From Monocercomonoides exilis PA203 (taxonomy: Eukaryota; Protista; Preaxostyla), in NCBI GenBank assembly GCA_001643675.2, contig LSRY02000045.1:744001-808000 (forward strand): 64,000 nt of DNA, written 5' to 3'. A model generated the notes under the pieces. The model was not told the DNA's origin, did no database searches, and saw nothing but the letters and a program-made list of their open reading frames with translations. The position numbers and the translations under genes were made by a program. Of the stretch, positions 13,835 to 25,248 are shown one piece after another (position 1 is the first letter of the stretch; the number at the start of each line of letters is the position of its first letter).

Positions 13835-15237
13835 CATGTGGAGAACACGTTGGAGCAAGAGATATAGCAGCAGCAACACTTGGAAATCAAAAGAGCGAAA
13901 GAGATACGTGGAGAGTACTGCGAAGATTTAAACAATTCTTGGATAGAGAGAGCATGGATGACATTGACACCCTCGCATCCAGAGATGCCAAATGGATTAT
14001 GGAAGAGTTCACTGAAACACTCTCGAATACTGACCTGTCAAGTGGAGTGATTTGTCAGACAGTTCGGAAAGTACTGGATTCCATTAACCTATTCAGAGAG
14101 ACGAATATTGATGTGAAAGACATAGAGATATTTCTAAAAACCTATGTGGGGGAGAAACCAAGAAGAGGCAAACGATACAAATCGACGTGGGACTTGACAA
14201 TCATCACGAAATGGGCTGAAGCCACTCACGATATGAAAGACCCACAGACCCTCCAGAGGAGAGCCCTCATTCTCACTATGATCTTTGGTGCCCTAAGGCC
14301 AGCAGAGCTGGAAAGAATGAGAAGAGAGACAACAACATTTAAAGATAACTCTATCCAAACACAGGTACGAACCAAGACGTCGGGAGGTGAGATTATCAAA
14401 GTTATAATACGGAAACACCCCAACCCACGTATCGATGCAGTTGAGGCTCTCCAACACTGGATGGACTATACGAAGACGACCTTTAAGAGCGAACATGTGT
14501 GGTTCGACATAGAAGGGAGAAGACCCGCTAACCCACAGAAGATCAAAGAAGAACTAACGGCAACTTTGAGAGAGAACGAAATACCCGAAACTCTCACAGC
14601 GTTCTCGATTGGACATGCAGCGATAACACACTTAGCCAGACAACAAGATGCAGATTGGAAAGCAATCAATGCGTATGCGAGATGGGATCTCGGTTCAAGA
14701 GTGGCACAGGAATATGAAACCGTGTTACCGGTTCAAGACACAAAATGGATTCTGGAGACAATCGGTGGCCCAGTACCCCTGGCAGAGAAGGGAGGAAAGT
14801 CGGAGAAGGACAGCAAAGGAAAAGAAATTTCAAATGAGAATACAGAATCTGAAACTAAGGAGTTACCTGAAGAAACATCACAATCCGGGGGAGAAGCGGA
14901 GACGAGCGAGAGAAAGAATTCGAAGAGACAAGGGCCGACTCGAGAGAAGAGTTCGCATCATGAGAACGATATAGCACAACTCCCCAAGGGTGATGAGACA
15001 CCCTCCATAATTCCCCGCTGCATTATGGAGCTTACGGAGGGTAGACAAACTGCCTTGCAGAAGAAGCTCGAAACCGATCGGGGAAAACGCGGAGAGAGAA
15101 GCATAGGACAAATTGTCATGCCCGCTCGAGTACAGAAGACCCGATCGAGAACCCCCCGAAAACATTCCAAGAGAGGGAGGGAGAAGAGACAGGGGCCGCA
15201 CTTTCATCCGCAGGCTCTCTGTTCATCCAACGCATGA
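13171..15237 (+). CDS. Tyrosine recombinase (YR) of the DIRS-like element, probably inactive
   Basis: 688-aa ORF overlapping RNase H in another frame. RYKSTWDL, IFGALRPAEL (catalytic R), RTKT (K), RIDAVEALQHW, AFSIGHAAITHL (HxxR box degenerate), ARW and AQEYE (nucleophile region). Confidence 0.85.
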   Translation: MAATTEDRSYSSEDIQYVHEMDNPEEERSAITHSNTESTGEETEQPGHDYTDGTPPGRAEHGSRCTQPDGEKAGLCTEGGESRRDISDNRTENTRYHFRTDCAGALRKYLETILREKEERERNSRRRHSASPPVPEKHWTSDEREDERSSEGSDDSDSAILVEADLDPATAAWAFDKDPGDLSGVHDTGSEDEKGRLEITPRRGDMRRTGEENIKGRDLFLTCGEHVGARDIAAATLGNQKSERDTWRVLRRFKQFLDRESMDDIDTLASRDAKWIMEEFTETLSNTDLSSGVICQTVRKVLDSINLFRETNIDVKDIEIFLKTYVGEKPRRGKRYKSTWDLTIITKWAEATHDMKDPQTLQRRALILTMIFGALRPAELERMRRETTTFKDNSIQTQVRTKTSGGEIIKVIIRKHPNPRIDAVEALQHWMDYTKTTFKSEHVWFDIEGRRPANPQKIKEELTATLRENEIPETLTAFSIGHAAITHLARQQDADWKAINAYARWDLGSRVAQEYETVLPVQDTKWILETIGGPVPLAEKGGKSEKDSKGKEISNENTESETKELPEETSQSGGEAETSERKNSKRQGPTREKSSHHENDIAQLPKGDETPSIIPRCIMELTEGRQTALQKKLETDRGKRGERSIGQIVMPARVQKTRSRTPRKHSKRGREKRQGPHFHPQALCSSNA

Positions 15238-15291
15238 TATTGTGCAAGGCAGGAAGGTTTAAGATCAGAAGAGAAAAAAGAGTGAGGGATT

Positions 15292-15385
15292 TCAGAACTC
15301 ACTATTGAGGAGCAAACCTGCTCCTTGCGTTCATAGATTCGCTTTATTGCGAATTGATAGAACGCAGTGAGACAGGATTTGCTCC
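15292..15385. repeat. Right inverted repeat / internal complementary region of the DIRS-like element, forming a local hairpin
   Basis: 15292-15354 is complementary to 11220-11282. 15309-15385 self-pairs: ggagcaaa/tttgctcc, cctg/cagg, tgcgtt/aacgca, attcgc/gcgaat. Confidence 0.75.
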
Positions 15386-16456
15386 GAAATAATACGAACG
15401 CGGATGGAGAGACTCAGAGCGGCTGGGTGCGAAAGAGAGAGAAACATATTAGGAGGAATATGACGAGGAAAAGGGAGAGATAGCAGAGGAGATGGGAAAA
15501 GAATAACCGCCCAGAATGATCTAATACACCTAAACCTGTATTGAGAAACAGGGAAGGAATTAAAAGTTTTAAGAAAAATCCAACTCCTTTAATTGGTGTC
15601 GAACAAATTCAAGGAGAAGAATCAGAATGACCCACACAGTGCATAATGGGTGGATTAGCTCTGCTGGATCAGCAGAAGAGCGGGAGGCAGAGCATTGTAC
15701 ACGCAGTTTTCTTTTTTACGCCTCGCGGAAGCGAGAGTTGTTTTTCTTTCTGCTCCGTTTTTTGCTTTTGCCTCACCGAATTCCTGCACGACTTGCAGGA
15801 GACGGCTCCGAGTGGCAATGTCCCCGCCCTCTGGTCTTCGTGACCATGGAAAAAAAAAAAAGGTGAAGTCGGTGGTGAAGTGAAGCGGACAATGTATAAT
15901 ACCCTTTTCATTGTTAAAAATGTTATTGTCTATATTTTTATCTATCTCTTTTTCCACGTCATTTTGTGATGGCGAAGTTTTCACTCAAACCTCCCATTCT
16001 TTAGATCAATACTCATTATCTCGGAGCAAACCTTTTTCTCTGCGTTCTGTCAAAAAAGTGTTTGTTATTTCGCTGGTTCTGACTTCCATCATAATTCGTT
16101 TTGTAGTTTTTCTTCAAAATGTTCCATGGATTAAGGACTGATAAAAAGTTCACGCTCATGTTCATGAGTTGTTCCAACTCGTCCTGTTCAACTGAATTTT
16201 TTCTTAAATCATAAAATGCACAAAAAATTTGAAAAATGAAACAAGAAACTGTTTGAGGTTTATCGTCTTTCAGAACAAACAGATCTGCATCACCTTTATG
16301 TTGTGATTCTTTTGCGCTGAGTATCACATTTTCATGCAAATAAAGTAAAAAGGAATGAAAATTCAAATACAACGAAGAAATTCATCCGTAATGAGAATAA
16401 TAATTTTTCCTTCTCTTCAGCCAACAAAAAAAAAAGTTCTTGCCACAAATCATATT

Positions 16457-17163
16457 CTAGTTTGAGTCATCATGAATAACAAGGGCTCTTTCCTTTTGCC
16501 CAGTCCAATTCATTCCCCCAAAGATAGACATCTCAGAATGGCTTGCATCCTTTCTTTTCATCCTTGCATATTCTTTCTTCAGCTCTGTCTTTGATCCTTT
16601 TCCTTTTGCCCTTCCATTTTCTTTTGTCTGTGCCACCTTCACATCAGCCACAGAAACCGACCTTGGCCACTCAATCAGGACTGAGTAAAGCAGCTGCCAT
16701 ATCTCTTCGACATCTGTCTTCAATCTCCACATATGAATACAAGAGTCTGCAAATCTGAGATAGAGCCGATCGGTGCTCACAACGCGAGTGTCGATGCTGA
16801 AGCGCAGAACAAACATAATCCGACTGAGCAACTCTGCTTGGCATTCGCCCTGCCACATGTTGCAAAACACAGAAATGAAAAATGGATTGAAAAGGCAAAT
16901 ACGCAGTTATAATCGCATGAATTCAATTAAGCATATAAATAAAATGCCATATTAAAAACACCACACCTTGTAGAACGGAATGAAAAACGAATGATGCGGA
17001 TGAGAGATGTTTGTCATCCTGTCAGTCAGTTGTTGCTTGTTGGCTGATCCGAACGGCTCGATGAAATGAACAGGAATCATCCTCATCTCATTCGCATTTC
17101 GATCCTTTCCCAACGAATTTGTGCATCCAACAGCGTTTGGGCTGCACGGCGAGGAAGGAACAA
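16457..17163 (-). CDS. Probable further 3' exons of the USP7-like gene (C-terminal UBL region)
   Basis: GT donor right after ...FRME near 17377 and a ttttcag acceptor near 17164. Peptides HPHHSFFIPFYK and GECQAELLSRI loosely resemble the USP7 C-terminal region. Reading frame across these exons is not fully resolved. Confidence 0.4.
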
Positions 17164-17369
17164 CCTGAAAATGGGTTGTTTATTTTTGGTTGGGCAAAAG
17201 TCAAAAACACACAAATCAATAAAATAAATCACAGCATATGCAAAAATTATATATTTGGAAAAAAAATTGAAAAAAAAAGAAAGGAGAAATATCATTCAAG
17301 CAAATAGCAAATTTGTTGAATGAAAAGAAATCTTCATTTTCAAAAAAAACTCTCTCGCACTCACAGAAA

Positions 17370-20300
17370 TCAGCACACTTCCATTCGAAACACAGTCAAT
17401 GGCTCATTCAGCGAAGTGTATCGCTCGTCCATCGGCAGGACAAAAGAAGCGAACGATGTGTTATAAAGCGGATATTTCGCCACTCTGAAATTGACATTGC
17501 CGATGTCTTCCTCTTCCCAAACATCCACCAACTCTTCCTCTGACCCTGCGCTTGTACCTTCCGCTTCAGCTTCTTTTGCATCCTTCTCCTCACATTTTTC
17601 AGTCATGTCTTCGCGCACCTTCGCTCTCCTTTCCTGCCGCTTCCACACCCTCACTTTCTGGTGGTTGAACGGCGCCTCAGCCAGCGCTGTCCGAGTCGCG
17701 CTGATGACATCCGCAACTGTTCCGCCAAACGGCACGCGAATCGCACACTTCTCAATCAGCTGCCCCACTTCGTCAACTGCCCTCACCTCCAAATGATCAG
17801 CCTTTTCGTACTCGCTCAGCTGCTCTGGCAAACACAAAAAGTGGATTGGCCGCTGCCTCCACGCAGAGAAGAAGCCCAAGCGAGAAAAGAGCCCCGCTGC
17901 TCCGTCCTTCTGCATTTCCACATGTGCCATCTCTGTCACTTTCTCCCCGCTGTCGGCCTTCACCACCCCAAGCTCCTCGTCTTCTTCCTTCCACACTTTG
18001 ATGTGTGTCTCTGGATGCTTCCTTATCGCCCCTATCAGCTCAACCAGCTCCCTAAACCCTGCCTCGCTGTCGATCCTCACACTGAACGGACGCCGCGTCG
18101 CATCCGCTTCGTCTACAAGCTCAATTTCAATCTCTCTATCCTTCCGCCTCTGCCACTCATTTGCCTCGCTTCGCGCATCTGCTTTCTTCTCCTCTTCCGT
18201 CGGAGCCATTTGAACAACAATCTCGTCTCCCATCCCCACATTCATATCTTTCAGTCGGATTTCTGCCCCATCGCCTCTTCTCAGCGGAATCACGTTGTTC
18301 ACTCGCCCTGCAAAGCGGTACAAAATAAGAGATGAATCTGTAATGGCAGGCAACGAAACTGAATCTAACGTTGAAGATTGCTGCTGGGATGGCAAAAGAT
18401 GAGAAATCTGCTGACATAAGCTCGGCTTTGAATGCGGAAGTGGAGATGCTGAAGAAGAAACACCAGGTGAAGGTGTTCGAACAGATCCTTCATTTTCTTC
18501 TTCATTTTCTTTGCTCCTTTCTTCTTCTTCCTCTTCTTCTTTACACCATTTCTGAATCCTTTTCATATGATTTTCAATCAAAATCGCTAATTGCGGCAGA
18601 AGCGAAATAAAAGTGCTTTCGCCGTTCTTCGCTTTCACTTTCCCAATCAAACTGATCAAATGAGTCATCTTATCGAAATATCTCACAAACAAATAGATCG
18701 CATCTTCTGCAACTGCTTCCTCTTCCATTTTGCCTTCTTCCAAAATTTCCAGCTTCTTTTCCTTCCTCTCTTCATCCTCATCCGCTTTGCCACAACCAAT
18801 AATTGCCTCGTCCTCTTCCTTTTTCTCATCAGCAATCTCAACATAAAGCCCATTCATCACTCCCCATCCAACAGACCTCAATGGCTTGTTTTCTATTTCA
18901 AAGTCATCTTCCTTTTCTTTCTTCTCTTTCTCCTTTTCGCTTCCAATGCTTTCTCTTTTCCTGTCTTCAAACAACAAAACAGGAACCAACACTTTCTCTT
19001 CTTTTGATCTCTTCCTCCCCTCTGCCTCTTTCTGATCCACCACGCTTCTGCCTCCTTTGCTTCGTTGCCATCCTGCCGCATTTGCACTCCCCAAAAGCTG
19101 CCTCTCTTTTTCTCTCATGTTTCTCAGCTGTGCAGCTTTCCATCGCTCCACCAGCCGCCACACACGCACACGCTGGCTACGAATGCCGAGTGCTTCGCAG
19201 ATCGATCTCCTCAGCCTTCCAAACGTCCCAAAACGAGGCACAACGATAGTGCATGCACAGTGCGTAGACTCAAACACCTCATCTGTGCCAGTCCTTCCGT
19301 AATTTGCACTCTTTTCGTTCTTCTCTTTCTTCCCCTTCTTCTGCTCTTCTTTCTCCCTCGCTGCTTTATCTTTCGCTCGCAATCCCAGCGCAGATGTGTT
19401 GGCAGAGCGTATCCCCAAAATCGACTCCTCTGTGAAAAGCCTAAACGAAAGCGACATTCTCTGCGACTCAGCCTTTATGCCCTCTCTGATGGGCTTTGGT
19501 ATGTCCTCTCTGCCGATGTCGCACAGCAGCGCTGCTTTCCAACTCTTCTTGATGTACACCAGCATGTACGCACTCGCCATCTGCTGCACTTTCATCTCCC
19601 GCCCAAAAAAGTCCCTCACAACCTGCGTTCCTCCCCCAAAGTTGCCTTCAACCGCTTGCTTAGCGCTCGCTACGCTGACAGACGTGTCGTTGAACAGGAA
19701 CCACTTCCCGTCGCACTTCGGCTGGATGTACACATAATAATGTCCTGCCCCTGCCACACCCGCATGCACAAGCACCGAGTGCAGCACATATTCCGTGTCT
19801 TCCTCTGCCTCTCTCCCAAACATTCCTCCGTTCAGCCCCGACGCTTCCTGTGAAGACGCCGGCTGAGACCGGACTGCTGGCTTCATTCCTGTTTTGCGCT
19901 CAAATGCCAAAGAAAAGCGTTTCACATATTCAGACGAAAGAGGTGGATCAGGAACTTCCTCTTTCTCTCTTTCTTCTTCCTCCTCCTCCTCCTCTTCTTC
20001 TTCTTCCCCTTCCTTTGACTCTTTCCTCCTTCTCTTCTTCTCTTCTCTTTCTTTTCTCTTCTTTTCTCTCTCTCTTTCTTTCTTCTCCTTCTCGTTTTTC
20101 CTCTTCTCTTCCATCGCCTCCTCTTCATGCTTCTGCAGCAGCTCCTTCTCCTTCCCCGAAAGATGTGCAACATAAGGACTCATATCCAGCTCCACAGGAA
20201 ATCCAAACTTTGAGTAGACTTTGCTCGTGCGCATTGTGAAATAATTCAGCTCAAATCTGTTCAGCTGGATCGTCAGAATTGGCGGCAAATGCAGATATTT

Positions 20301-22432
20301 CAGCCCCTGCATCCATTTGGTGCGCATGGAATCACAAAAGGATATACAAAAATATAAATAAATGAAAGAAAGCCATGAAAAAGAATGGAGTGTTGACATT
20401 GAGCAAATGAATCAAATTAGATGAAGAAAAAAGGAAAATGTCGTTTATTATTTCTATTCACAAAATACGCCACACCTTTTTCGCTCTTTGAAATCCGTGT
20501 TCTCCTGCTTTGTACTTGTTGTCTCCATCCAAAATTTCATCTGCGACATTCGCTGCTAAGCTTTGCTCAAGCGAACTCTTTCCTTTCACAGCAACACTTT
20601 TATTTTGAGCAAACGATGAATAACAACAGAAAGAAAGAAAGAAAGAAAGAAAAAAAAAGAAAATGTCATAATAAAAACATCATCTGGCATAATAATAAAC
20701 AACAATAAATTCAATCCAACTTGATTTCAGTGAACGTCTCCAGCGACGGTGACACGTAATCGATGTCGGTGCATCTGACAGAAGAATACGCTGTTCCTTG
20801 AAACAAATGCTCAATAAACCCACGAATAGGCGTGTGCTGTGTTTGGGCAGCAGAACATTGTTTTTGAGTCGTGCAAAACAAATCACATGAATTTACGTGG
20901 AATGAAATAAAAGATAGAAATAATAATAATAATAATAATAATAAAACATAGTACGAACAATAATCTTCTCAAATAAAAACCAAACTTTAGTTTTTTCTTT
21001 CAGTTTGTCTCTCAAAATCAGGTTTAGCTCAGTCACATCGTGTTGTTGGAACGTTTCCTCTGAATCCCACCCAAACGAAGCTGTCAGCTCTTTTGTCCCA
21101 ACGCTAACACACCACACACCACGATTCAAACAATATATATATATCACATCCAAAAACGAATAAGAAGACAGAATTAGTAATCATTCATTATTTTGCAATC
21201 CAAACCCAAATCAAATGCCAAAAATTCAATACCATTTTCGAATGAACAAAAAAATGCCAACAAAAAGGAGCAGACCTCGAAGGCGAAAATTGGAGATTAT
21301 AAAAGAGCCTTTGCAGCGCCTCAGCCAATTTTGGCCTTTTCTTTCGTTGAACTTCACAAGAAGAAGAGCAAACTGAAGGCGAATCAGCTTCGTTTTCATT
21401 TTCCACATCTCGTTGCATTTGGTAAACACACTTCGCAATTACCGTAAAAATAAATAGAAAGAATAAGATATTAGGGGGGAAAAATATCAAAGTTTCAAAA
21501 ATAATTTTGTTTTTTGATGATTTTTTTTACAAATATCACCAAAAATTCAATAAAAGCACAAGTTTCTTTCAAAATGTGCATACCCATCTGAACAATGGAA
21601 TGTGATAAAGCGTTTGAAGCAGCGAATTCATGTAGCATGTTGTTCCTTGGTTGAACAGCCCAACCATTCCCAGTTCCTTTCGGCTGCAGGTCTCGCTTGG
21701 AAATGGATTCTTTTCCGGCCTGCCTTCAAAAGGCTGAAAAAGCAAAGTCGAACGCAAAAAACATTTGAGCACATGTTAATGAATCTCTTTCAACACATCA
21801 AACGCAAACTGTAAGGTGAACGCTCAAAACAAGGCATCCATTAACAATAAATCCCTCATCAATCGTCAATCGTCTCCTTGGAATAAACTTCCAAAACCCT
21901 TGATCTCTTTCCCCTGCCGTAAATCTGTGATGGCCCCCTTTTAACGTCAATTCCAAATCAATAAATTAAATAAATAAATAAATAAAGAATGAAATTCATA
22001 AAAAAAAACACAATCAAAAGCAGAAGAAAAGGCAAAAATACATTCGGTGACAGAACGTCTCCTATCTCTGTTATGCAAAGTTACAGCAAATGACAGGTCA
22101 TCTGTCGGTATTGCATCAGCATCGTCGAAGCTCTTAAATACATTTGTTAATGTTGCAATTTTCTTTAAAAGAAAAATAAATCATTGAAAAGACCTGGCAA
22201 TCGATGAAAAATGCTTGGTAAAAATAGGAATTTATGTCCCCTCTCCTTGAAACAATTCTCCTGCGAAAAGAAAAAAATGCAAAACAATCGGAATAATTTT
22301 GTGATAGAGGCAACTTCAATTAAACAGTAATGCACACCACTTGTAGTCAAACGCTTCTACAGTTTCTGAGTAAACTGCCTGAGCAGGATTCCACGGAATA
22401 TGAAACGTGTGCTCAAACAAAATATCATCCAT
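17370..22432 (-). CDS. USP7: Ubiquitin carboxyl-terminal hydrolase, USP7/UBP15-like (MATH-like N-terminus + peptidase C19), multi-exon
   Basis: ATG at 22432 (MDDILFEHTFHIPW...YSETVEAFDYKW, MATH-like). Cys box GMVGLFNQGTTCYMNSLLQTLY (~21600-21670). LTASFGWD..FQQHDVTEL (~21030-21090), LDGDNKY (~20510-20530), HLPPILTIQLNRF, His box LHSVLVHAGVAGAGHYY, WFLFND..VS and AYMLVY. Exons are separated by short AT-rich GT-AG introns. Confidence 0.92.
20918..20945. repeat. (AAT)n microsatellite inside a USP7 intron
   Basis: aataataataat... run read directly. Confidence 0.85.
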
Positions 22433-22646
22433 TAATTCTGCGTAAAAAGTGTTGGGACAAATAAATGTTTATGATTCTGTTCTTCATAATTAACATATAA
22501 TTTTTTCCCCCGCAATATCTGCTCAAACATTTTATTCTTCAAACTCTCTCCAATCTGTCCCATTCATTATCATTTCATATTTTTTTCATCAAGTTTTTGC
22601 GCTTGAGCAGAGTGCAAAAGCATAAAAACAAACTTTGCTGAATGAA
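22433..22646. promoter_or_regulatory. Putative bidirectional promoter / shared 5' region
   Basis: About 214 AT-rich bp between the divergent start codons of the USP7-like gene (22432, -) and the metallophosphoesterase (22647, +). No specific motif identified. Confidence 0.5.
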
Positions 22647-24392
22647 ATGAGCAGCATTGAAATGACTGTGCGCAATTTGCGAAGAATGAGGAAAGATGAG
22701 GCTTATCGTATTTTGAAGGAAACTGATTTGTTTGATTCTTCAGTTCCTTTTGTTGTGTGTGACCACTCGAAGCCAAAGGCGAGTTCGCATTTTGTTCGGT
22801 ACGTTTGCATTTCGGATACGCACGGGCTGCACGAGGCACTTGAGAAGCCACTTCCTTATGGAGATGTGTTGATTCATGCAGGAGACGCGACGCATCTTGG
22901 GAAGCCAAAGGAGTTTTCAAGCTTCGTGCGGTGGTGGAGGTCACAGCCGCATCCTGTGAAGATTTTTGTTGGGGGGAATCATGACTTGCCCCTTGATCCG
23001 CTGTTTTACGCCCAAGAATATCAGAGGTTTGGCCATAAAACCAGGCTTTCTTATGAGCATGTAAAAGACTTCCTAAATTCTGGAAGCAATTACTTGGACG
23101 GAGACTGCATCACGGTCTATGGCCAAAGGATTTGTGGGCTTCTTTATCCCGAGCGTTCATCTGTTTGCCTTGGGAGATTGAGGCCGGAGTGGCGAAGGAT
23201 CTGCTATAAGAGAATTGCATTTGAACAGCAGCTGGACGTGTTAGTTACGCACGCTCCTCCGTTTTCGAGGTGTGACTGCGATCCTGTGGAGCACGGCGGG
23301 TCGTTTACGCTTTTGGAGGCAGTGAAAAAGTACAGACCTCGAGTGCATGTGTTTGGCCACTGCCACGAAGGGCACGGCTGCTCGTACGATGGGCATACGC
23401 TTTATGTGAACTGCTCGATTGTGGATGATAAGTACAAAGCGGTGTTTAAACCGATTGTGTTTGACTTGCCAAAGGAGGATTGCGGGATGAAGAACGAGGA
23501 GTGGAAAGAAATTGAGATTGCGACAATTGATGAAGATGAAGCCAAAATGGCGAGAGACGGAAAGGAAAATTGCGAAAGTCCATCGGTTGGTGAAGCACAC
23601 ACGCTGCACGGCACCTCTAAAGAGTTTGAAAAGAGTTTCGAGAAAGAGGAGAGCAAAGCCAAAGCCATGAAAGAAGGCCAAAATGATGGTCGCACGCAGA
23701 AAAGGAGGATACAATGGCTAAGTGTGTGCAAATGTGATGGGAATGCAGCGAGGAGGAAAGAGATAGGAGAGAAAGCAGAAGAAGCTGCAGCCTCATTTCG
23801 GAAGAGAGAAATGGCAAAAAGAGAAGAGCAGCTGAGGGTTGCGGGGAAATCGTGTTTTACGGTTGTTTCAGTGACAACAGCGAGAAGAAAGGAAATTAGC
23901 AAATGTGTTTCCTTGTTAGGCAGCAATTCGACAGAAGTTGTGAATCGCCTGTTTTATTCTGAGATGGTTGCGCTGAAAAATGTTCCTTCGACTTTTCTCC
24001 AGATGGCATTAGCACCATCGTTTCAGTTGCCATCTCTTCAAGTTGCTGAATCGTCTGATTCAGTTGCGTCTGCATCTTCTGCTTCTTCATATAAATCTTC
24101 ATGCCCAGTTTTAACTTCAGCATCAATATTGAGTTCTTCCTCTTCCCCTTCTTCTTCTTCTTCTTCAACTTCTTGTTCGGTTCCTGTGACTCAGAAATTT
24201 TCAAATTCAATGCAGAGGGAAGAGCAAATGAGCAGAAAGGCTATTGAGATTGGTACACGACCACCTTTGCCTCTAGTGAATTCATCACCAAGAAATGCAT
24301 TTTTGCCTTTTTCAAACATTACGACTTCTGCTCGTTGCATTGCAAACGAAACGGATAATAGCAAGAAACTTCAGTCAACGCCCCATCAATGA
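22647..24392 (+). CDS. Calcineurin-like metallophosphoesterase, MPPED1/2 (239FB)-type, with long C-terminal extension
   Basis: Complete motif set: CISDTHG, DVLIHAGD, FVGGNHD, VLVTHAPP, HVFGHCHEGHG, YVNCSI..PIVFDL. First in-frame ATG at 22647; intronless ORF. Confidence 0.93.
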   Translation: MSSIEMTVRNLRRMRKDEAYRILKETDLFDSSVPFVVCDHSKPKASSHFVRYVCISDTHGLHEALEKPLPYGDVLIHAGDATHLGKPKEFSSFVRWWRSQPHPVKIFVGGNHDLPLDPLFYAQEYQRFGHKTRLSYEHVKDFLNSGSNYLDGDCITVYGQRICGLLYPERSSVCLGRLRPEWRRICYKRIAFEQQLDVLVTHAPPFSRCDCDPVEHGGSFTLLEAVKKYRPRVHVFGHCHEGHGCSYDGHTLYVNCSIVDDKYKAVFKPIVFDLPKEDCGMKNEEWKEIEIATIDEDEAKMARDGKENCESPSVGEAHTLHGTSKEFEKSFEKEESKAKAMKEGQNDGRTQKRRIQWLSVCKCDGNAARRKEIGEKAEEAAASFRKREMAKREEQLRVAGKSCFTVVSVTTARRKEISKCVSLLGSNSTEVVNRLFYSEMVALKNVPSTFLQMALAPSFQLPSLQVAESSDSVASASSASSYKSSCPVLTSASILSSSSSPSSSSSSTSCSVPVTQKFSNSMQREEQMSRKAIEIGTRPPLPLVNSSPRNAFLPFSNITTSARCIANETDNSKKLQSTPHQ

Positions 24393-24850
24393 ACAGCAAG
24401 AACTCAATGAACTGTCATTCCATTTTTTATTTGAACGAATGAATTTTCTGTTTATGTTTAATTCGCATGATTTGTTGATAATGAAGTTCCATTATGAGTG
24501 TTAAAGAAGAGAACACTTACAATTTCAAATCTTTGATGTTTGATTGTGAATTTTCGATGGTTTTTATTTCAGTTTGAATTTTGATTAGGAACAAGTTGTT
24601 GTTGTTACGTTGAATTGAAAAACAAAATAATTTGGGGGGAAATTAAATTTTTTTAAAAACAACTTCAAAAAAAAAGGAAACAATTCTGAATCATCTCCAA
24701 AGCCACTGTCTTTTTTCCTCAATTAAGAGAAGTCATCATTCGTTTCCTCCAAAAGGAAAATATACTTTTGCAGTACATCAATTCATATCTGAATGTGATT
24801 TGTTATTTTTATAAAAGTCGCGAATGTTTAATTATCAGGTGAGATTAAAA

Positions 24851-24982
24851 TCTCATTTTCTGATCAACGTTTTGTTCACATCACCAAACTTTTCAAATAA
24901 GGAATCCACAACTTGGTAATACTGTTATACACATTCTTGTGCAGATTCGTGAGTGCGAACAGAAATTCGATCAAGATATAAA
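24851..24982. repeat. Degenerate inverted repeat (hairpin unit copy A)
   Basis: Reverse complement of 24851-24894 (gaaaagtttggtgatgtgaacaaaacgttgatcagaaaatgaga) aligns with 24946-24982 (ttcgtgagtgcgaacagaaattcgatcaagatataaa) and with 25745-25790. Confidence 0.6.
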
Positions 24983-25163
24983 GTGTTAAATCAATCATTA
25001 GAATTTAGCGTTTGCGACTTTTCAAAAAGAATATCACAAATGGAATATTTCTTTGTCGAGAAGTTATTAATACAGTTGTCAAAAACTTTCTAGCTCTTTT
25101 AATATTCAGTGTCTGATAACCATTCATTGTGAAATTGAATGTTATTAAAATTATCACTTTTCG

Positions 25164-25166
<3 letters not shown>

Positions 25167-25232
<66 letters not shown>

Positions 25233-25248
25233 GGTGGGTGGGTGTGTG
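25167..25248 (+). repeat. Compound simple repeat: poly-T, (TG)n, (GGGT)n
   Basis: ~31 T, then a TG dinucleotide run, then five GGG tracts with single-T spacers (25224-25242). Confidence 0.92.

Larger units (their letters stand above)
11180..15603 (+). mobile_element. DIRS-like tyrosine-recombinase retrotransposon, degenerate; outer boundaries approximate
   Basis: RT, RNase H, methyltransferase-like region and tyrosine recombinase in DIRS order, with overlapping frames. ~60-bp inverted repeats at 11220-11282 and 15292-15354. A 9-bp direct repeat GGTGTCGAA at 11180 and 15595 is used as a tentative boundary. Purine-rich composition contrasts with the flanks. Confidence 0.88.

Noticed and set aside
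15300-15392. Hammerhead ribozyme (ctattga...stem...gaaa resembles CUGAUGA...GAAA)
   Set aside because: The core has two substitutions at invariant positions, and no convincing stem I/III with an NUH cleavage site could be built.
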